Positions 11,970-26,129 of a stretch of 64,000 nucleotides of DNA are shown here, one piece after another. The notes beneath the pieces were generated by a model. The model was given only the letters and a program-made list of their open reading frames with translations, did no database searches and had not been told where the DNA came from. Source of the DNA: Stegostoma tigrinum (Eukaryota). The stretch covers positions 1,302,001 through 1,366,000 of the forward strand of contig NC_081396.1 in the NCBI RefSeq assembly GCF_030684315.1, given 5' to 3'. Both the position numbers and the translations under genes were made by a program. How positions within the stretch are numbered: the first letter of the stretch is position 1; each line of letters opens with the position of its first letter.

Positions 11970-12310
11970 GTTCCCTTTTCAATCCACGGGAAACGTTTTA
12001 TTGGATAATGAAGTTTTATCACAAGCCATTGTTCCAGAATATGGTGAAATACATTTACGATGGAATTTCTTCTCCCAGACAGCCGTGCATATCTGGAATT
12101 GTCCACACGACACTTATGGGGTTTCTTCACTGAAAACATTTAAATGGGAGGTAACTGCTTTCTTTGACATATTGGGAAGTTGACAGCTTGGGAGACATGT
12201 ACGAAAGGAGCCAAGTCTGGTGCAACTGTGCTGTGATCTTATTAATTTGAAGGTTCTGGCATGATAGTTTGAATGGTCTATGTTGCTTCGTATTAATTAT
12301 GTTTTCACTA
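11970..12310 (+). mobile_element. Old CR1-type LINE 3' end (copy B ~28050..28320)
   Basis: ttcttctcccagacagccgtgcatatctggaattgt (FFSQ.AV.IWN) and gaatggtct..tattaattatg tail are typical of CR1 ORF2 ends. Confidence 0.6.
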
Positions 12311-12456
12311 CATATCTAATGACTTAAAGCCAGGAAATCAGTAATTATGCAAAATATATGGAAATTTGATTTGCACCGTCTCTCAAACTTAGTGCTGGTT
12401 ATCTTCCCTTTTTCACAATTAATGAGTCGCACGTCTTGAAATCTTACAACTATCAG

Positions 12457-12792
12457 TCAATGTCGAAACACTAATATGAATGCAACCAGCTTCAAGAAAC
12501 ATGTAGTAACATGGAGACATAATCATAATGTGTCAGCTGAATTTAATGTTGTTGTGGTTGAAGACAGAAGGAAAAGAATGAAGGAAAGGAAGAAATTGTA
12601 TAAGAGATTGCGAATTTTATCAGCTCTGTGTAGCAGTGGAAAATGACCAGCAGTGGCTAGACACTGTTTTCTGATGGAGCTCAGGAGTACAAAACCATCT
12701 TAAGTCATGATCTCGTGTTCGAGGACGCCAGCATGTATCACTGTGTGATGAAGGCACATTGTGACAATGTGCAATCGGCCTGTACATTATTA
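12457..12792 (+). pseudogene. Decayed Ig/TCR V segment plus RSS relic
   Basis: Phase-1 acceptor ctatcag; LI*MQPAS..GDIIIMC..W; LFS..TILSHDLVFEDASMYHCVMK; Cys-Cys distance 211 nt; exon 298 nt; heptamer-like CACATTG at 12755, 22-nt spacer ending ctgt, ACATTATTA. Confidence 0.55.
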
Positions 12793-13203
12793 TGTTTACT
12801 GTTGTATCTCTGCTGTCATGTGAGACATTTCCCACTGCAGGAGCTTTTGTTATATTAACTATTTTCAGAGAAAACGAAACTACTAATAAGTATTTAAACA
12901 TGTATCCTGCTGAGCTTCATAATGTTATAACCACTACTCGAGATGAACGGCATAGAAACACATGAAATGTGTTTTTCTTTGTTCAGTTCAGCAGCAGACG
13001 ACTTGGGTAACACAGAAGAAAAGTAAGTCTGAGAAAGGAAATCTGGAATTAAGATGCCCCCTCCAGTAGTTCAGCAGAATGAGCCGTATATCTGGCAACT
13101 GCAGTGCTTAAATTCAGAACTTCCCAATTCTGTTTCCTGACAAAGAGATCACTGCACACAGAATAATTCTAATTTAAGAAACACCGAGAAGATTTTATTC
13201 ACT

Positions 13204-13806
13204 TTACCGTTCAAAGAAACCATTTAAAACGGAGAAGGTATGCATTATCATCTTCTTCAGCTGCTCTCTGAACTTTGACTGAGAAACAGCGTATATGAAG
13301 ATCTTGCTACAAGTGCCAAGTAAATGGAGAACTTTCATGGTCAATTGTAGACCTGCCAGGCTGTCATGGAACAGTAAATGGCCTTGATATCACAGAGTGA
13401 GGGGACCTCATTCGCAAAGTATAAAGGCTGCTGTATGAAGTCTTAAGAAATGTTCTTTATGAGGATCATTGCACAGATGAGTCCCATGATTAGCAACACA
13501 GTTAACACAGTGCTGCATCTAGCCTTTAGGATCTCGGAGAAGATGGCCCCAAAACGGTCAATAGTAAAAGCCAATGTCAACCAAAGTGACGCATCCCGTG
13601 TAACAGAGAGGAGCACATCAATAACGCTGCATGCTTGCGTAACAGACAGAATACTGTGCCTGAAGTCGATTCTGGGGATCCGGTTGAGTAAACAAGTCCT
13701 GGTGATAACCAGTCAGTCAGCCACCTCTACGGCTACCAAGCAGAAAACGATACCCATGAGACTTCACACTGCCTTTGGGACAGAATTATAACTGGTATGA
13801 GGGTGG
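13204..13806 (-). pseudogene. GPR139-like pseudogene D (exon 2 only, ~300-nt internal deletion of TM5-TM6)
   Basis: Acceptor ttcttgcag; TLIPVIILSQRQC, VAVEVAD*, LLNRIPRIDFRHSILSVTQAC, TRDASLWLTLAFTIDRFGAIF, LIKNI, then jumps from AWQVYN* to KIFIYAVSQSKFREQLKKMI..FFER*; stops and frameshifts. Confidence 0.9.
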
Positions 13807-14878
13807 CTGCAAGAAATAAAGAGAGATGTTACCCAACGAGCTGTAACACACGAGCTACAGCTTTTTTCAAATCTTTGACTGAAACTCTCTTCCTCCACCA
13901 GGAGTCACAAACGCTCATTCATACCAGTTTCCATACAACCATCACCTTTGTGCTTGGTGAATAACTTCTCAAGCTCCAACACTTTTTCGATGCTAATACG
14001 TCTGGCCTGCAAATCTGAAAATACCTCCTGTTTCTCAGAATTCATGAACAAACAATACCATCAGAAATCGTAAAGTGCCTCAAATTCTGTCCTTTTGTGA
14101 ATGCATGTTATTGATGCTGGATTACCTTATTAATTATCAGTACTCAAACAGATTCATCACTCAATTCCACGCAGTGCTTTTTATCTTTCAGCGATCTGAT
14201 AAGCTGATGACCCATAACTAGGATAGATAATGCATTACTCACAGTCTGGCAATACTTCATCATTCAGGTTTGAATATATGCAGTACAATTTTTCACGTTG
14301 TCATATCGTATGACATAAATCATAGAAATGTCGGAATATGCTGAAGTGACTAATGTTCAGACGGAGCTGAATAGCTCATGAAGTAAAATCTTGCAGAGTG
14401 TTTTTTGCTCTCCAAATATATACAAAATATTTTTTTGAAAATCTCATAGAACAATTATCTACACAACATACCAATTGTAGCGAGAATTATGTAGCTAATA
14501 GCACAGAAAGAACCATTTGCTGGAACGTGCATCATCTGTTGGAAATAAATAGAGTTCTCCACTTTGGCCAGTTTGTTTCTGGGTCACTTTCGAAAGGAGT
14601 TGCATGAGCATCTCCCGAGAGGAAAATTGTACAGAATTCTTTTACTTGCATTCAGTAAACAAAATACCTCACGAAACAGAGGATTTAATTTTTTTATGAG
14701 TGAAGAACTGGCCTTATCTTCAGGTGCCACATTCTCGTTCGCTTTCGACAATCAGTTGAGGTCCTACCTCAAAAAAGAAATCTTTTTTTCCCATCTCTGA
14801 AGTGCTTGAAATTATTTCATGTCTTTTAGATTCCATTTTACTTGTGTCATTGTTCTTGGTGGCATAACCATAATCCCA

Positions 14879-15038
14879 NNNNNNNNNNNNNNNNNNNNNN
14901 NNNNNNNNNNNNNNNNNNNNNNNNNNNNNNNNNNNNNNNNNNNNNNNNNNNNNNNNNNNNNNNNNNNNNNNNNNNNNNNNNNNNNNNNNNNNNNNNNNNN
15001 NNNNNNNNNNNNNNNNNNNNNNNNNNNNNNNNNNNNNN
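14879..15038. other. Assembly gap (N)
   Basis: Run of N. Confidence 0.99.
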
Positions 15039-15404
15039 GCCAGAGAGCAGTGTTTAAATGCTTTTGACGTTACTTGAGACAGAATCTGGACAACATGCGA
15101 GACAAATTGCATTTGGCTAGCCAAGAAGAAGACTTGGGAAGACACGGCATCAACACAACTTGAGCAAATTGTTGAGCATGATTGAAAGTGCGCAGTCGCA
15201 TTTATTGCTCTTAATTTGCATGCTCATACTTTTTTTCAGAAGAGAGAATGGGACTTTGGAAATTGTGCAAGATTGACAGATCTACACTCAGAACCGAGGA
15301 CAAATTGTACACATCAAGTGAAGGAACGATTTCTGCAGTCTGTGAAGTCTATTCTCGCACAGAGTTTGCCAGTGAGGGATGAAGACTTCAGTGACGGGGA
15401 GCAA

Positions 15405-15800
15405 CAGATTCATAGAGCTGTACAGAATAGAAACAGACCCTTCAGCCCAAAATGACCTTGTTGACAAGATGTCCTAAATGAATCTCATCACATTTGTTAG
15501 CATTTGGCCCATATCCCTCTGAAACATTCCTATTCATATACCCGTCGAAATACCTTTTTAAATGGCAAAATTATACCAGCCTCCACCACTTCCTTTGTTA
15601 CCTCATCCCATACATGCACCACTATCTGCATGAAATAATTATGCCCCTTCTGTTCTTCAGAAATCTTTCTGCTCTCCCTTTAAAACAATGCCCTCTAGAT
15701 TTTTTTTTCTTTTGACCATCCACCCGAGGGAAAAGGGAACGTCCAATGACCTGAGGAACTTATCAACCTCTACATTCTCTGTCTCCAACGTTCCAGTGAA
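15405..15800 (-). mobile_element. CR1/HER1-type LINE 3' fragment
   Basis: catagagctgtacagaatagaaacagacccttcagccc tail, ttggcccatatccctct and accagcctccaccacttcct, same type as the end of the 62.9-kb LINE. Confidence 0.7.
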
Positions 15801-18746
15801 AATACTTTGATGTACTCTGAATTCGAATGGTTTTTGCACGATTTTTGTCTTCTTACTTTCAGTAATATTTGTCAGTTTATGGGAGAAAACAGTATATGTT
15901 TTTGAACTGATTCCAAGTCGAACTTTGTAGCCCAAATGTAGAGAGATTTGCTACGTTTCTTACTGTGATGGCCGAGTCTGTTTCATTAAAAGATACAGAG
16001 GATATGAGGGGCTGCACGATATTGGTATTGTGGCGATGATTCCCAATCTGTTAAATCTAAAACACTCCGTTTACACTGAGATAGATGTTTTTTTCATTTC
16101 AGAAAGTAGTACACTGAGTTTTCTTTTGTAAATCACTGAGAATTTGAGGAAGTCTACATGCAAGACTATTGTCAGTGATGGATGCTTAAATTTACTTCAC
16201 ATAAATATGTTCAAATTTTCAATAATAAAGGAATGAAGCACATGAATACAATGCACGAAGCTTAAGTTGAGACTGTCCAAACTTTTTTTGTAATGAACAA
16301 TGGAGCAGGATCGAAAGATGGACCTGTTTACTCCCGCTGCTAGTTATAATGTTATCGATTTTGATTTGTTTCACAGTCATGAGCGGCAACATTAACAATA
16401 ATCCAGTTCTGTCTGGAACTCTTTAACTGTTTGAATGCAATCTCGAGAGGACTGCAGACATGTGAATGTGTTGAAAACACAAACATGATGAAGAGAAATG
16501 TGCTGCAGGTTCCATCATGCTGATTATGCAATTCAATGTGTGAGGATAAGCTTCAACATTAGATTCCTGTGTATTTTCCCCATTCCTTGATTCCTTAAGA
16601 TTTTGGATTTTAACACTTATTTGTCTTGTTTGTTTTCCATGGAATCTTCAAATTTATAAGACTCACAACTCTTTGATTTTTAATCTATCTCTAACAAAAT
16701 AAATCTGGTTCTCAAAATTTCAGCTAACTTTTTTAACTGACTGAATCCTTTGGAACTCATCATGGAATCATTGGAAACATTAAGGGTTTCTTTGGAATTC
16801 TTTTCTCAGAAACTTAATTGTCTTTTAGAAATTGCAATGAAATGATGGCCTTTGTTAGTGGTAATCCAGAGTGGATAATTGCTGTTTTCTTTTTTTATTA
16901 TACTAGGATTATCAGTGCTGAGATTTTCATGGACCTTGATGTTAATTGCACTGCTCCCAGTCTCCTTTGTTTGGAAGTTTTTTTTTACATGTCAACACTT
17001 CACTTGGTTCAGATTGTTACTTTGCATGCATTACCTTGATTATCTCCTCAAGTTCTCCCTGATTTGTTATTCTTACATATCATCCTTAATTTTGTTCATG
17101 CGTTGTGATCCTTGCTTTTGCAAAATGGTCTTTCCATTCTAATCAATCAGATCCTAATTCTGTTTCTCTTTATCCGTTAAATTAAATGAATATCTGCCCA
17201 AATGGTTGCTGCACAGGATCCCAGCGCTGCATGTACAACAATTGAACAACTCTTATGGCACTAACTCCTGGCTTTGTTTGTACGATGCAAGATATATTAG
17301 CAGTAAGTCACTCAATGAGGTATTTTTACATTTCACTGGGTGCTGTGACAGTTCAATGAGCCATTTATATATTTCACTGGGTGCTGTGACAGTTTGTATG
17401 AAAGTAGACCGGGCAACTGGTTATAAGAGATAACAACGTGAGGAGCTGAATGACCTAAGATGCTGCTTGGTCTGCTGTGTTCATCCAACTCTACGCTTTG
17501 TTATCTTGGATTCTCCAGCATCTGCAGTTCCCATTATCTCGGGCAATTGGGTATGGTGCTCATACCTTTTATACAGCGCATATAGCATTAGATCATGTGC
17601 TTCCCAGTAGTACAGCTAGCCTCTGGTTCAGTTCATTTTAACCCCCAGCATTATTATTTATATTGATTTTGGGACTTGCTCAGTTATGGAAATGCTGTAT
17701 CTCGTTAGGATGATCCTGCTTCTACACTGTTCTGAATGGGGATCATTGAGTATATTATGTGACCGTGCCATTTTTCTATTCTACAGTAGACCCTGTCCCA
17801 ATAATCACTGTACCAGGTCACTATTTTACAGATTAATCACATTAAATTCTGCGCTGATTCAAGAGTTCCATATGATTGTCCCTATGCTGTGCTAAACCTT
17901 GTCTTAATTGTTGAAGGTGGAGAACCAGTTCTCTTATAAATGATATTCTGCACGTCTCCAACTTATCAGTTCTTGCAGTAGATCATTTGCCTCTCCACGT
18001 TGCAATTTCAGTTTCACGTTAGCCAGGATCCTTGATGCTAATTTTCCAAGCCAGGTTTCAGCTGATATTACACAAGATGATCTCCTTTTTTTTGTTTCTT
18101 TTGTCAAAAGCTATTGTACCAAGAACTCAGAAGCTGGGCATGAGAATTTGAGATTTTTACTCCTTTTTCTGCAGCAGAACAAATTAGTCACTGTCCACGT
18201 GGTTCACGTTTTCCACGTGCTGGGAGTTCACACATGATTTTCCCTCCCATCTATGAAAACGTATTTTCAAATATTTCAGATCGAAACCGTTTGAATAGTT
18301 AACATTACACCTTTGAACACGAAATCACTGAGACATGATTCCAAAAATGGACTGATCTGAGACCTTAAAGCAAGACATTTTATTTTAAAGATGACAACGA
18401 TGGGAACGATAGATTAAAAGTGAGGACGAGACTTCAACTCGGAATCTCCCACAAACTGGTCCAGTGATGTAACCGTAAATTTATGGTTTCTGTCATAAGG
18501 TTATGGGGGGAAAGGTTGTGTAAAAACGCAGAATTTGCATCCCTCTGTTGTCCCATGAATACAATCACGCAGCAAATGTTTTATTCAACAATAAGTTGGA
18601 CTGGTTCTTCACTGAGATGTAAGCTAAGTGTTGTAAAATTAATGGCTTCTCTGGAGACTCTTGTTTGGTATGAATGTGGGATGATTTTAATGTGTCACAA
18701 AGCAACTGTCTACAGCTTTGAAAACATCTATATCTTCTTAGGAACG

Positions 18747-18816
18747 TTGCATGCACCAGCAAATGGACCTGTCTTTGCCATTTGCTATTCTATTCTCGCT
18801 GCTATTGGTGCACCTG
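18747..18816 (+). pseudogene. GPCR pseudogene B, exon 1 (start ATG changed to TTG)
   Basis: TTG-HAPANGPVFAICYSILAAIGAP+G with donor gtaaaa at 18817; homologous to 2465..2534. Confidence 0.88.
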
Positions 18817-19997
18817 GTAAAACAACGGATCCTCTGAAGTGTTTGTGTTTGGCAAATTTCTCACATTTTGTATTTTCTCGTTCTTTATCAGGAATTATTT
18901 TCCTCTTGTTCTGCACTGTCTGGGCATAAGGAAATTCAATCAGAATAACAGTGTAAATGAGCGTGATAGACAATACAATACCATGCCATGATCAATTATG
19001 GACTGTTGCTTTGAATGGATTTATTACGGAATACAAGGACTATCTTCTTTTATCATGTTACATATTTATGGATTGATCGCTTATTAAACCGTTGAAGTCT
19101 ATTCTTATTCGTAAAATGATTGATGCCAAGGCAACAGAAAATAGACAAAAAAAGAAAAAAAAAAACCTCTCCAAAGCCCTAAAATTGATATGGTAAAGGT
19201 AGTGTTCATTCAGCGAGTTTTTGAGATTGAATTGTAATACATGACAGCATGATACTGGCACGTTCAGTCAATGGTTCAAAAGAGAACTGAACGCTCACTT
19301 CAAAATTAACAATATAAAGCCTGACGTGGAGATGATATTTAGTTGCATTTAGTGAGATGATCATTTGAAGAGGCAGCCTTGATGTAATTGTCCGAATGCC
19401 CTCCTTAATTGCTGCAGCAGGCATGCAATATAATGTACATCAGTGTACAAAATCAATTTATTATACTGTTCACCACTCGGATTTCTTAAAGCACAGGAAA
19501 TAGTACTCCAGTACATTCAGCAGAATGGCGTATTGTTGCAGTATAAAATGCATTTTCGTGCCGTAATGTCAGTGGAAGATAAAAATATTATAAAACATCA
19601 TCCTGATATTTGTATTGTTTTTCTCTGAGTCACAATGCGATTTAAAGACGGATGCATCTGTTTTACTCTTGTTTGCTAATATAATATTTAACATTAAGTA
19701 TGGAAATGCTTGAAATCGGCAAGTTCAGATGTAAGATTTTTATCGTAAATTCTTGTATCTTTTATGCTGTGCTGTTACGAAATGCACTTTGAGTTGTTCT
19801 TTGGAAATTCGTGTTTGGGATCATCAGCAGGTTGTCATGTGATCTGACAAGGTCAATATTTGTTGGTTGTACCCAGCTTCTACTTGAGAAATTCGAATTG
19901 CTCTCTTTGCTCAGCCACTGCAAGTAATTTACTGGAGAGGTTTCACAAAGCATTCTTTTTTAGATCAAGCCTAAATGACACAATGGTATTGGAGAAG

Positions 19998-20136
19998 NNN
20001 NNNNNNNNNNNNNNNNNNNNNNNNNNNNNNNNNNNNNNNNNNNNNNNNNNNNNNNNNNNNNNNNNNNNNNNNNNNNNNNNNNNNNNNNNNNNNNNNNNNN
20101 NNNNNNNNNNNNNNNNNNNNNNNNNNNNNNNNNNNN
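19998..20136. other. Assembly gap (N), probably a (GA)n tract
   Basis: Run of N at the position homologous to 3712..3797. Confidence 0.95.
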
Positions 20137-22091
20137 ACAATCGAACAGATAGCAGTTCAGCAACTTTATCTAGAGTAGAGATTACTTGCATGGAAACGTT
20201 GGTGATAACGGGAGATAAAGGGAAAAAACATCAGAAGCAGCAATCAATTATAGATTGTTACTACATGAAAGAGCCAAAATATGATATCACTGCACAATTG
20301 ACAGGCGTTTGTTCGATTTTTCTTCGTAATGTTACCATTAGCTGACAGGTTTAAAAAAAGGAGACCTTAATATAAGTGGAGAATATAGTTAAGACAATCA
20401 CTTTTGATTTGTTGGAAATGCACGTCAATAAAATGAACAGAGATGCTTCAGCAGAAGTTATGCCTTCGTTATACCATTTGAAAGATGTTGGATAACAGGG
20501 GAGCAAGCGTTAGTTTTTGAACAACGTTGATGTTTTAGAGGCTGAGCTGCAGGCATTGCAACACATCAGGGAGGGGAATGCTTCAACCACTATGTCAGCA
20601 GTCAATCGTCCTCAGATACAGAAGCATATGCCTGTGAATCAGGGAGACATGAGGATACAGAATTTAGTTTTGCAGGAGGATCACTGGTATCATTATGCTG
20701 TAAGTAGAGAATTTTATTCTCAGAATGGACCAAGTCACTTCACCGGATGAAGTGGCAGTGTACGAAAGCTTATGATGTCATGGTAAACTGTTGGACAATG
20801 ACCTGGTGTCGAGTAAATTGTGATTTTGGCGAGTTGTTACTTTAACTTAGCCTTAACTGAACGTATGAATGTTTTGCAAAAGATGGGGTTTAAGTTGCAC
20901 TCTGCCTCAATAACACATGCGTGGAAAATTTTAGATTCGTTTCATGAAACATTTCAAGAGAAGCTCCTGCACACTGCTGGATTAGTTCGGATTAAGTCCA
21001 TGTTTTATGTTCTGCAGAAATAAGAACACTATCATGCCGCCCTAATATAAAGTATAAAGGACAAATCGTTATTTGGTATGCCAATAATGTTCTGACAAAT
21101 GACTGAAATCTTTGGAGACCAGTCAGAAGATAACAAGAAGTAATAGGAGTGAAACGATTATGTCAAGGAAAATTGAACATTCATACCATCTCGACTATCT
21201 GAGAGTGATCATGCATTTTCATGTGGTGGCAATACAATTGAACCTCGAAGATAAGATAATGCGACCAGTAGCTACACAACAGAGCATTTACTAAACAATG
21301 ATACACAAAATCACGCACAGAACAAGTAGACCAGACAAAAGAACTGCATTAAAAAGAACAGAATAAGTCATATTCGGCCTCTCAGGCGAAAAATTGTGAG
21401 CCAATGTGTGAAGCGTTGGATCAGTTGGTGTTTCAGCTGTTTTAAGTGTCTCCTAATTGTCATAAACATAAAAAAGATGAAAAATATTCTGATGCGCAGT
21501 GTGTTCCAGTAACTAGTCAATGCTGATTTTAAAAATCCTTACAACTTTTCTCCCCAATATATCCCAGATAAATCCGTCAGGAGCTAAAATAATGTGCTCA
21601 TGTATTCACACGAGTATGTACCAGTGGACAATGATACTTTACTTCAGTGTAAGGGCAAATGTGAAATTGAGAATTCCCGCGCTCATATTTGAGCATGAGA
21701 TTGTTAAAAGTATAAAAACATATTTATTGATGATTCCCTGGAAAGTCAATGGACTTCAATGGGCGTATATTTGAAGTATAAATGGAGTGTTTTATGGTAA
21801 GGGTAATGACAGCCATGGTTTCCATTATTTTAAGTTTGATAAACAGCCACATTAATTATCATCATGAATAGAGAACTGGGTATGTGCTGATGAATTAGTG
21901 GATTGTGTCTTGTACTGGCAAGTGATCAACCCACTGTGAGTTTTGAGATAATTACCCATGGCATAGTCAGTGTCTTAAGTAGGAAAAAGTATGGAAGAGC
22001 AAGATTACAGCTAAGGATTGTTCGAGGATTACTGCTAAAGCTGCATGGAACAATTATATTGTTTTGTCACAGTTCTATTCATTTATTGCAG

Positions 22092-22991
22092 CAAATTTGC
22101 TGGCGATTATAATCCTATCACGAGGTCGGTGTGGACTGTCTCGTTGCATCACCTACGACCTGGTGGCCATAGCGGTGGCTGATTTCAATGTCATCATCAT
22201 TGGGTGCATCCTCAACAGGATTGGCCGGATTTATTTTCGAGACAGTGTACTTTCCACCACCCTTGCATGTAGGCTCAGCACCATGCTGATTTTTACAATA
22301 CGGGATAGCTCAGTCTGGTTGACAGTGGCCTTCACTTTCGACCGTTTTGTGGCCATCTGTCACAGGAGGCTGAATATCAGGTATTGCACTCATAGAACTG
22401 CATCAGTGGCCATCGGAATCATATGTACCCTGAGCTGTATCAAGAACACCCCTTTTGACTTCATCTTTAGCCCATTGTGCACACTGGATGGTGTGCCCTG
22501 GTTCTGCATTGTCAAGTCAATCTATTATATTTCACCCATTTGGCAGGCCTACGATTGGCTGGACCATATCTTAGTTCCTTTATCACATTCCTCCTTATTC
22601 TGCTACTCAATGCCCTGACTGTAAGTAGCATACCAGCAGCCAGCAGAGCTCGCAAAAGGATCCGGGCGCTCAGAATCGAGGAGACCAGGAGACGTCCAAT
22701 CGCAAGAAGTCCATTGTTCTGCTGTTCACCATCTCTCTCAGCTTCCTCCTCCTATGGATCATCCAAGTTGTACATTTCCTTCATGTGCGTATTCCAGGAA
22801 AGGCTTACTTCTCCAGTTTGGATTTTAATGACCCTGATTATGTTCTTCAAGTTGCAACCGACATGCTCCTGATAATCAATTCCTGCAACAATGTCTTCAT
22901 CTACGCAGTGACACAGAAAAGGTTCAGAGGGGAATTGAAGAGGCTGCTGATGTGCCCCATTGACACTGTCACCAGTTGCAAAAACGAATGA
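22092..22991 (+). pseudogene. GPCR pseudogene B, exon 2 (two 1-nt deletions)
   Basis: Homologous to 5773..6674; 1-nt deletions at ~22580 (gttcctttatcacattc vs gttccctttctcccattc) and ~22665 (atccgggcgct vs atcaggggcgct) split the protein over three ORFs. Confidence 0.9.
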
Positions 22992-25747
22992 ATGCTTACC
23001 AAACCTCATCATGTTGTTTTTCTTCCATGAGGGAGACTCGGTTTGGAGAAGTTTCTCTGAAATGACCAGAAAGTTTTTAAATCAGGAGTTCACTATTCAG
23101 GCTGCCAGCCCCAGCACTGCCATGTTGCAAATACTGAACAGATTCTGAAATAATGGAGGCACTGCATGACTAAATGAGATCCCCAGTGTCTCATATAAAA
23201 TATTAGATTTGCACTATTTCAGAAGAAAACGAGATTTCAATAAAAGTTCTGAATCAGTACCCATTACTCATCCAACACCACTGAATGTGATAGATTTTCT
23301 GCTTTCTTTTACGATTAATCTTTGTGTTATTAATGTTCTTGGCATGTTATATGTCACGTTTCCTGCTTCCAACAGAAAAGGCTTTAATTGGATGTAAACA
23401 CTTGGCGATACCACACACACTTAAAACAGAGAGTTAAAGTGTTCCTTGCTATGTGTTCTCCATTTGTAATTGTCCTTTAACAAGTATTATTGCTCAGCCT
23501 TTACCGAGTTGTGTTAAGATCCTATCACATTGTTGCGCACCTGGTTAGTCTTGAGCATGTCTTTTCTGAAGGTGCATTAGAAAATAAGTTGTTGATTCCA
23601 CTGTCAACGTTTGAGGGAATATATCACAATTCAACGTTTTCTGATGAAAAGCAATGCTGCAGCTTCCACGTTGATGAATAATCTCATGTGCCCCAAATAA
23701 GCGGTATCATCACTGCACCAAATTGTACGCTAAAACCCACTTACTTCACTGAAAATAATTCCAGTGTATCGAACGGTTCCTCAGCACACTTTGATATGAA
23801 TACGTTCTGGGAGGTGTTCTGGAATATTGTCCACTGTTTCTATGTAACAGTTCATTCTGTTCAAGTTTTTGTCTCAAGTTGACCTGCTGTTTGCAGTCCA
23901 GCCATAAATATCTATTCCCATACTATGGCTCCATGTATTTTCTTTCTTCTGGGAACGTGAATCCAAACTTACATTTTAAACAACAAAAACAAAAATAAAA
24001 AATACACTAATCACATTCAGCGAAAGCAACTGCCTCTCACTCTTGCAGTTAAGCAAGTTTATTTTCACTCCAAGCACAATAACTTTGACAATAACAAGAG
24101 CGGTGCAGTCACAGCGACACTTCCAGAGAAGTGAATATTGAGGCTTCACCCAAGAAATGACGGAAGTGTAAGAACAAGAGTATCCAATATGAGGTTAAGT
24201 CCATTGAACATGAGATTATGAATCTCAACGATGAAGGATGGAGTGAACCAGTCTGACTAAAGCCACAAAGTTGATCACGGACAAATAAATCTTTGAATGC
24301 AGTATGAGATAAATAAATCGAATCTCAAGAAGCCAGGGCATCAATACTTTTTGTTCAAGCATTAACATTATTCACAGCTTCTACTTCTTACGCTGCAAGT
24401 CCTGAAAAAACCACTTTGCTGTACATTTTATTTTGTCTTTTTCCCTCCGGTTTTCATATTAGCCTGATAATAGTCTAATATTTTAAGCAGACGACCTTAA
24501 TATACAAATCAATTATAATTACTAACCTGATGAAGAAACAAATTATTCACAAATAGAGATACCATATTGGTTAATTTCATATTTACAAATCTGCTTCTCA
24601 TCCAATGAACTAATTATGTTAGGAACAGATTGAGAATCTGCCTTTTATTCATCACTGTCGTGTGGGCATTATATAAGTTGTGCTCTGATGTGTATGCTAG
24701 ATATAGATACTGTGATTACTTGTAATCTGAAATGAATGTAAAATGCGGCATGGAAACTCAATTGTTATGAAAGCATCAGAACATGGCTGAAGAAGAGTCA
24801 TATGGGAGCCACAACATTAGTTCTGTTCATCTCTCCACAGATAATGAAATAAATTATGAGTTTTTCGAGCACCCTTTGCTTTATTTTGTATTTCTGGCAT
24901 CCACAGGATTGTTTTGAATAAATCAGTATTCGCATTGAATCTTACCGTCGCGGTTGGTATGTTCATGAAAATGTATGTGATTGTCCTGCAGTATTGTCGC
25001 ACAAAAGTCCGATTTCTATTCACTTCATATTCAATCTAAGCTGACTTTGCGACCAAAGCTATTTTAAAGAAAACAGTGATTTCCATAAATGTTCTGTTGA
25101 CTTCATGTTCATGTCATATACACTACCTTACTGTCGGATGAAGGTGCCAAAGGATAGCAAACATCTTTTGCAAGAGCCAATAAGTATGGAGCTAGAAAAA
25201 CAAAGTAGGTCAGACAGCACCCGAGGAGAAGCAAGTCAATTTTCTTTGAAGATACACTTCGTGGGTGCTGTCTGACCTGCTGTGCTTTCCCAGTTCCAGA
25301 TTTATTGACTTTGAATGAAACTCGCTGTGATGTGGGTTTTCAATTTCGTCACCTGGGTTTCACCATCACTCTGAAATATGCTTTTCTTCCTGCTTTGTGA
25401 GCTATCACAATATGTGCATCCTGGAGTCTCTAGCTCCTGAATGTTGCCAAAACTGTTGTTGAAAACAGAAAAAAAAGTGACCGGCAGGGTTAATGGAAAT
25501 GTTGGAACATGATGCAACTTGGCTACAAATCAAGCCATAATGCATCGGGAAGAATGGCAGAATTCCCCGGTTTTGTTTCTCGAATCATTGTATCATGTAA
25601 ATCCATCAATATTGATGCACATCTTAGCGTTTAAATTGTGACGAAGTTGTGAAGGTAGTGGTATTACCCCACATAAATTTGAATCCTGCCTAATGTTTTT
25701 ATGCACACACCATACTTTGAAAAAGCAGTCACAGCATCATTTGCATG

Positions 25748-25898
25748 NNNNNNNNNNNNNNNNNNNNNNNNNNNNNNNNNNNNNNNNNNNNNNNNNNNNN
25801 NNNNNNNNNNNNNNNNNNNNNNNNNNNNNNNNNNNNNNNNNNNNNNNNNNNNNNNNNNNNNNNNNNNNNNNNNNNNNNNNNNNNNNNNNNNNNNNNNN
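25748..25898. other. Assembly gap (N), homologous to the 9.4-9.8 kb gap/(CA)n
   Basis: Run of N. Confidence 0.97.
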
Positions 25899-26129
25899 TG
25901 CCTATTCATGAACCCACCAGACACTGATGTGCATTTATGCAAAATTTGACCAACATGAGCTACCTGATTCCTTGACCATGGATAACTTGCTTTGTATTCA
26001 TGGGGGTGAAGACAATCTCTCCATCGCAAACCATTGCTGTAAGTTGATGTAAGATGAAACTCCCTCAAAAAAGGATGGAAACGTCTCTTTGGTTGTACTT
26101 TTGCATTGTAAGTGGAGGAATTGATGGAG

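Larger units (their letters stand above)
1..13320 (+). repeat. Tandem segmental duplication, copy A (runs off left edge of window)
   Basis: Colinear with 16285..29327 throughout (e.g. tggagcaggatcgaaagatg at 15 and 16301; atgaagatcttgctacaag near 13296 and 29301), roughly 90% identical by eye, including shared TE insertions and microsatellite positions. Confidence 0.97.

Noticed and set aside
12268-12316. Hydrophobic leader-like LNGLCCFVLIMFSLH upstream of the 12457 V relic
   Set aside because: Coincides with a CR1 3' tail; no ATG or GT donor.
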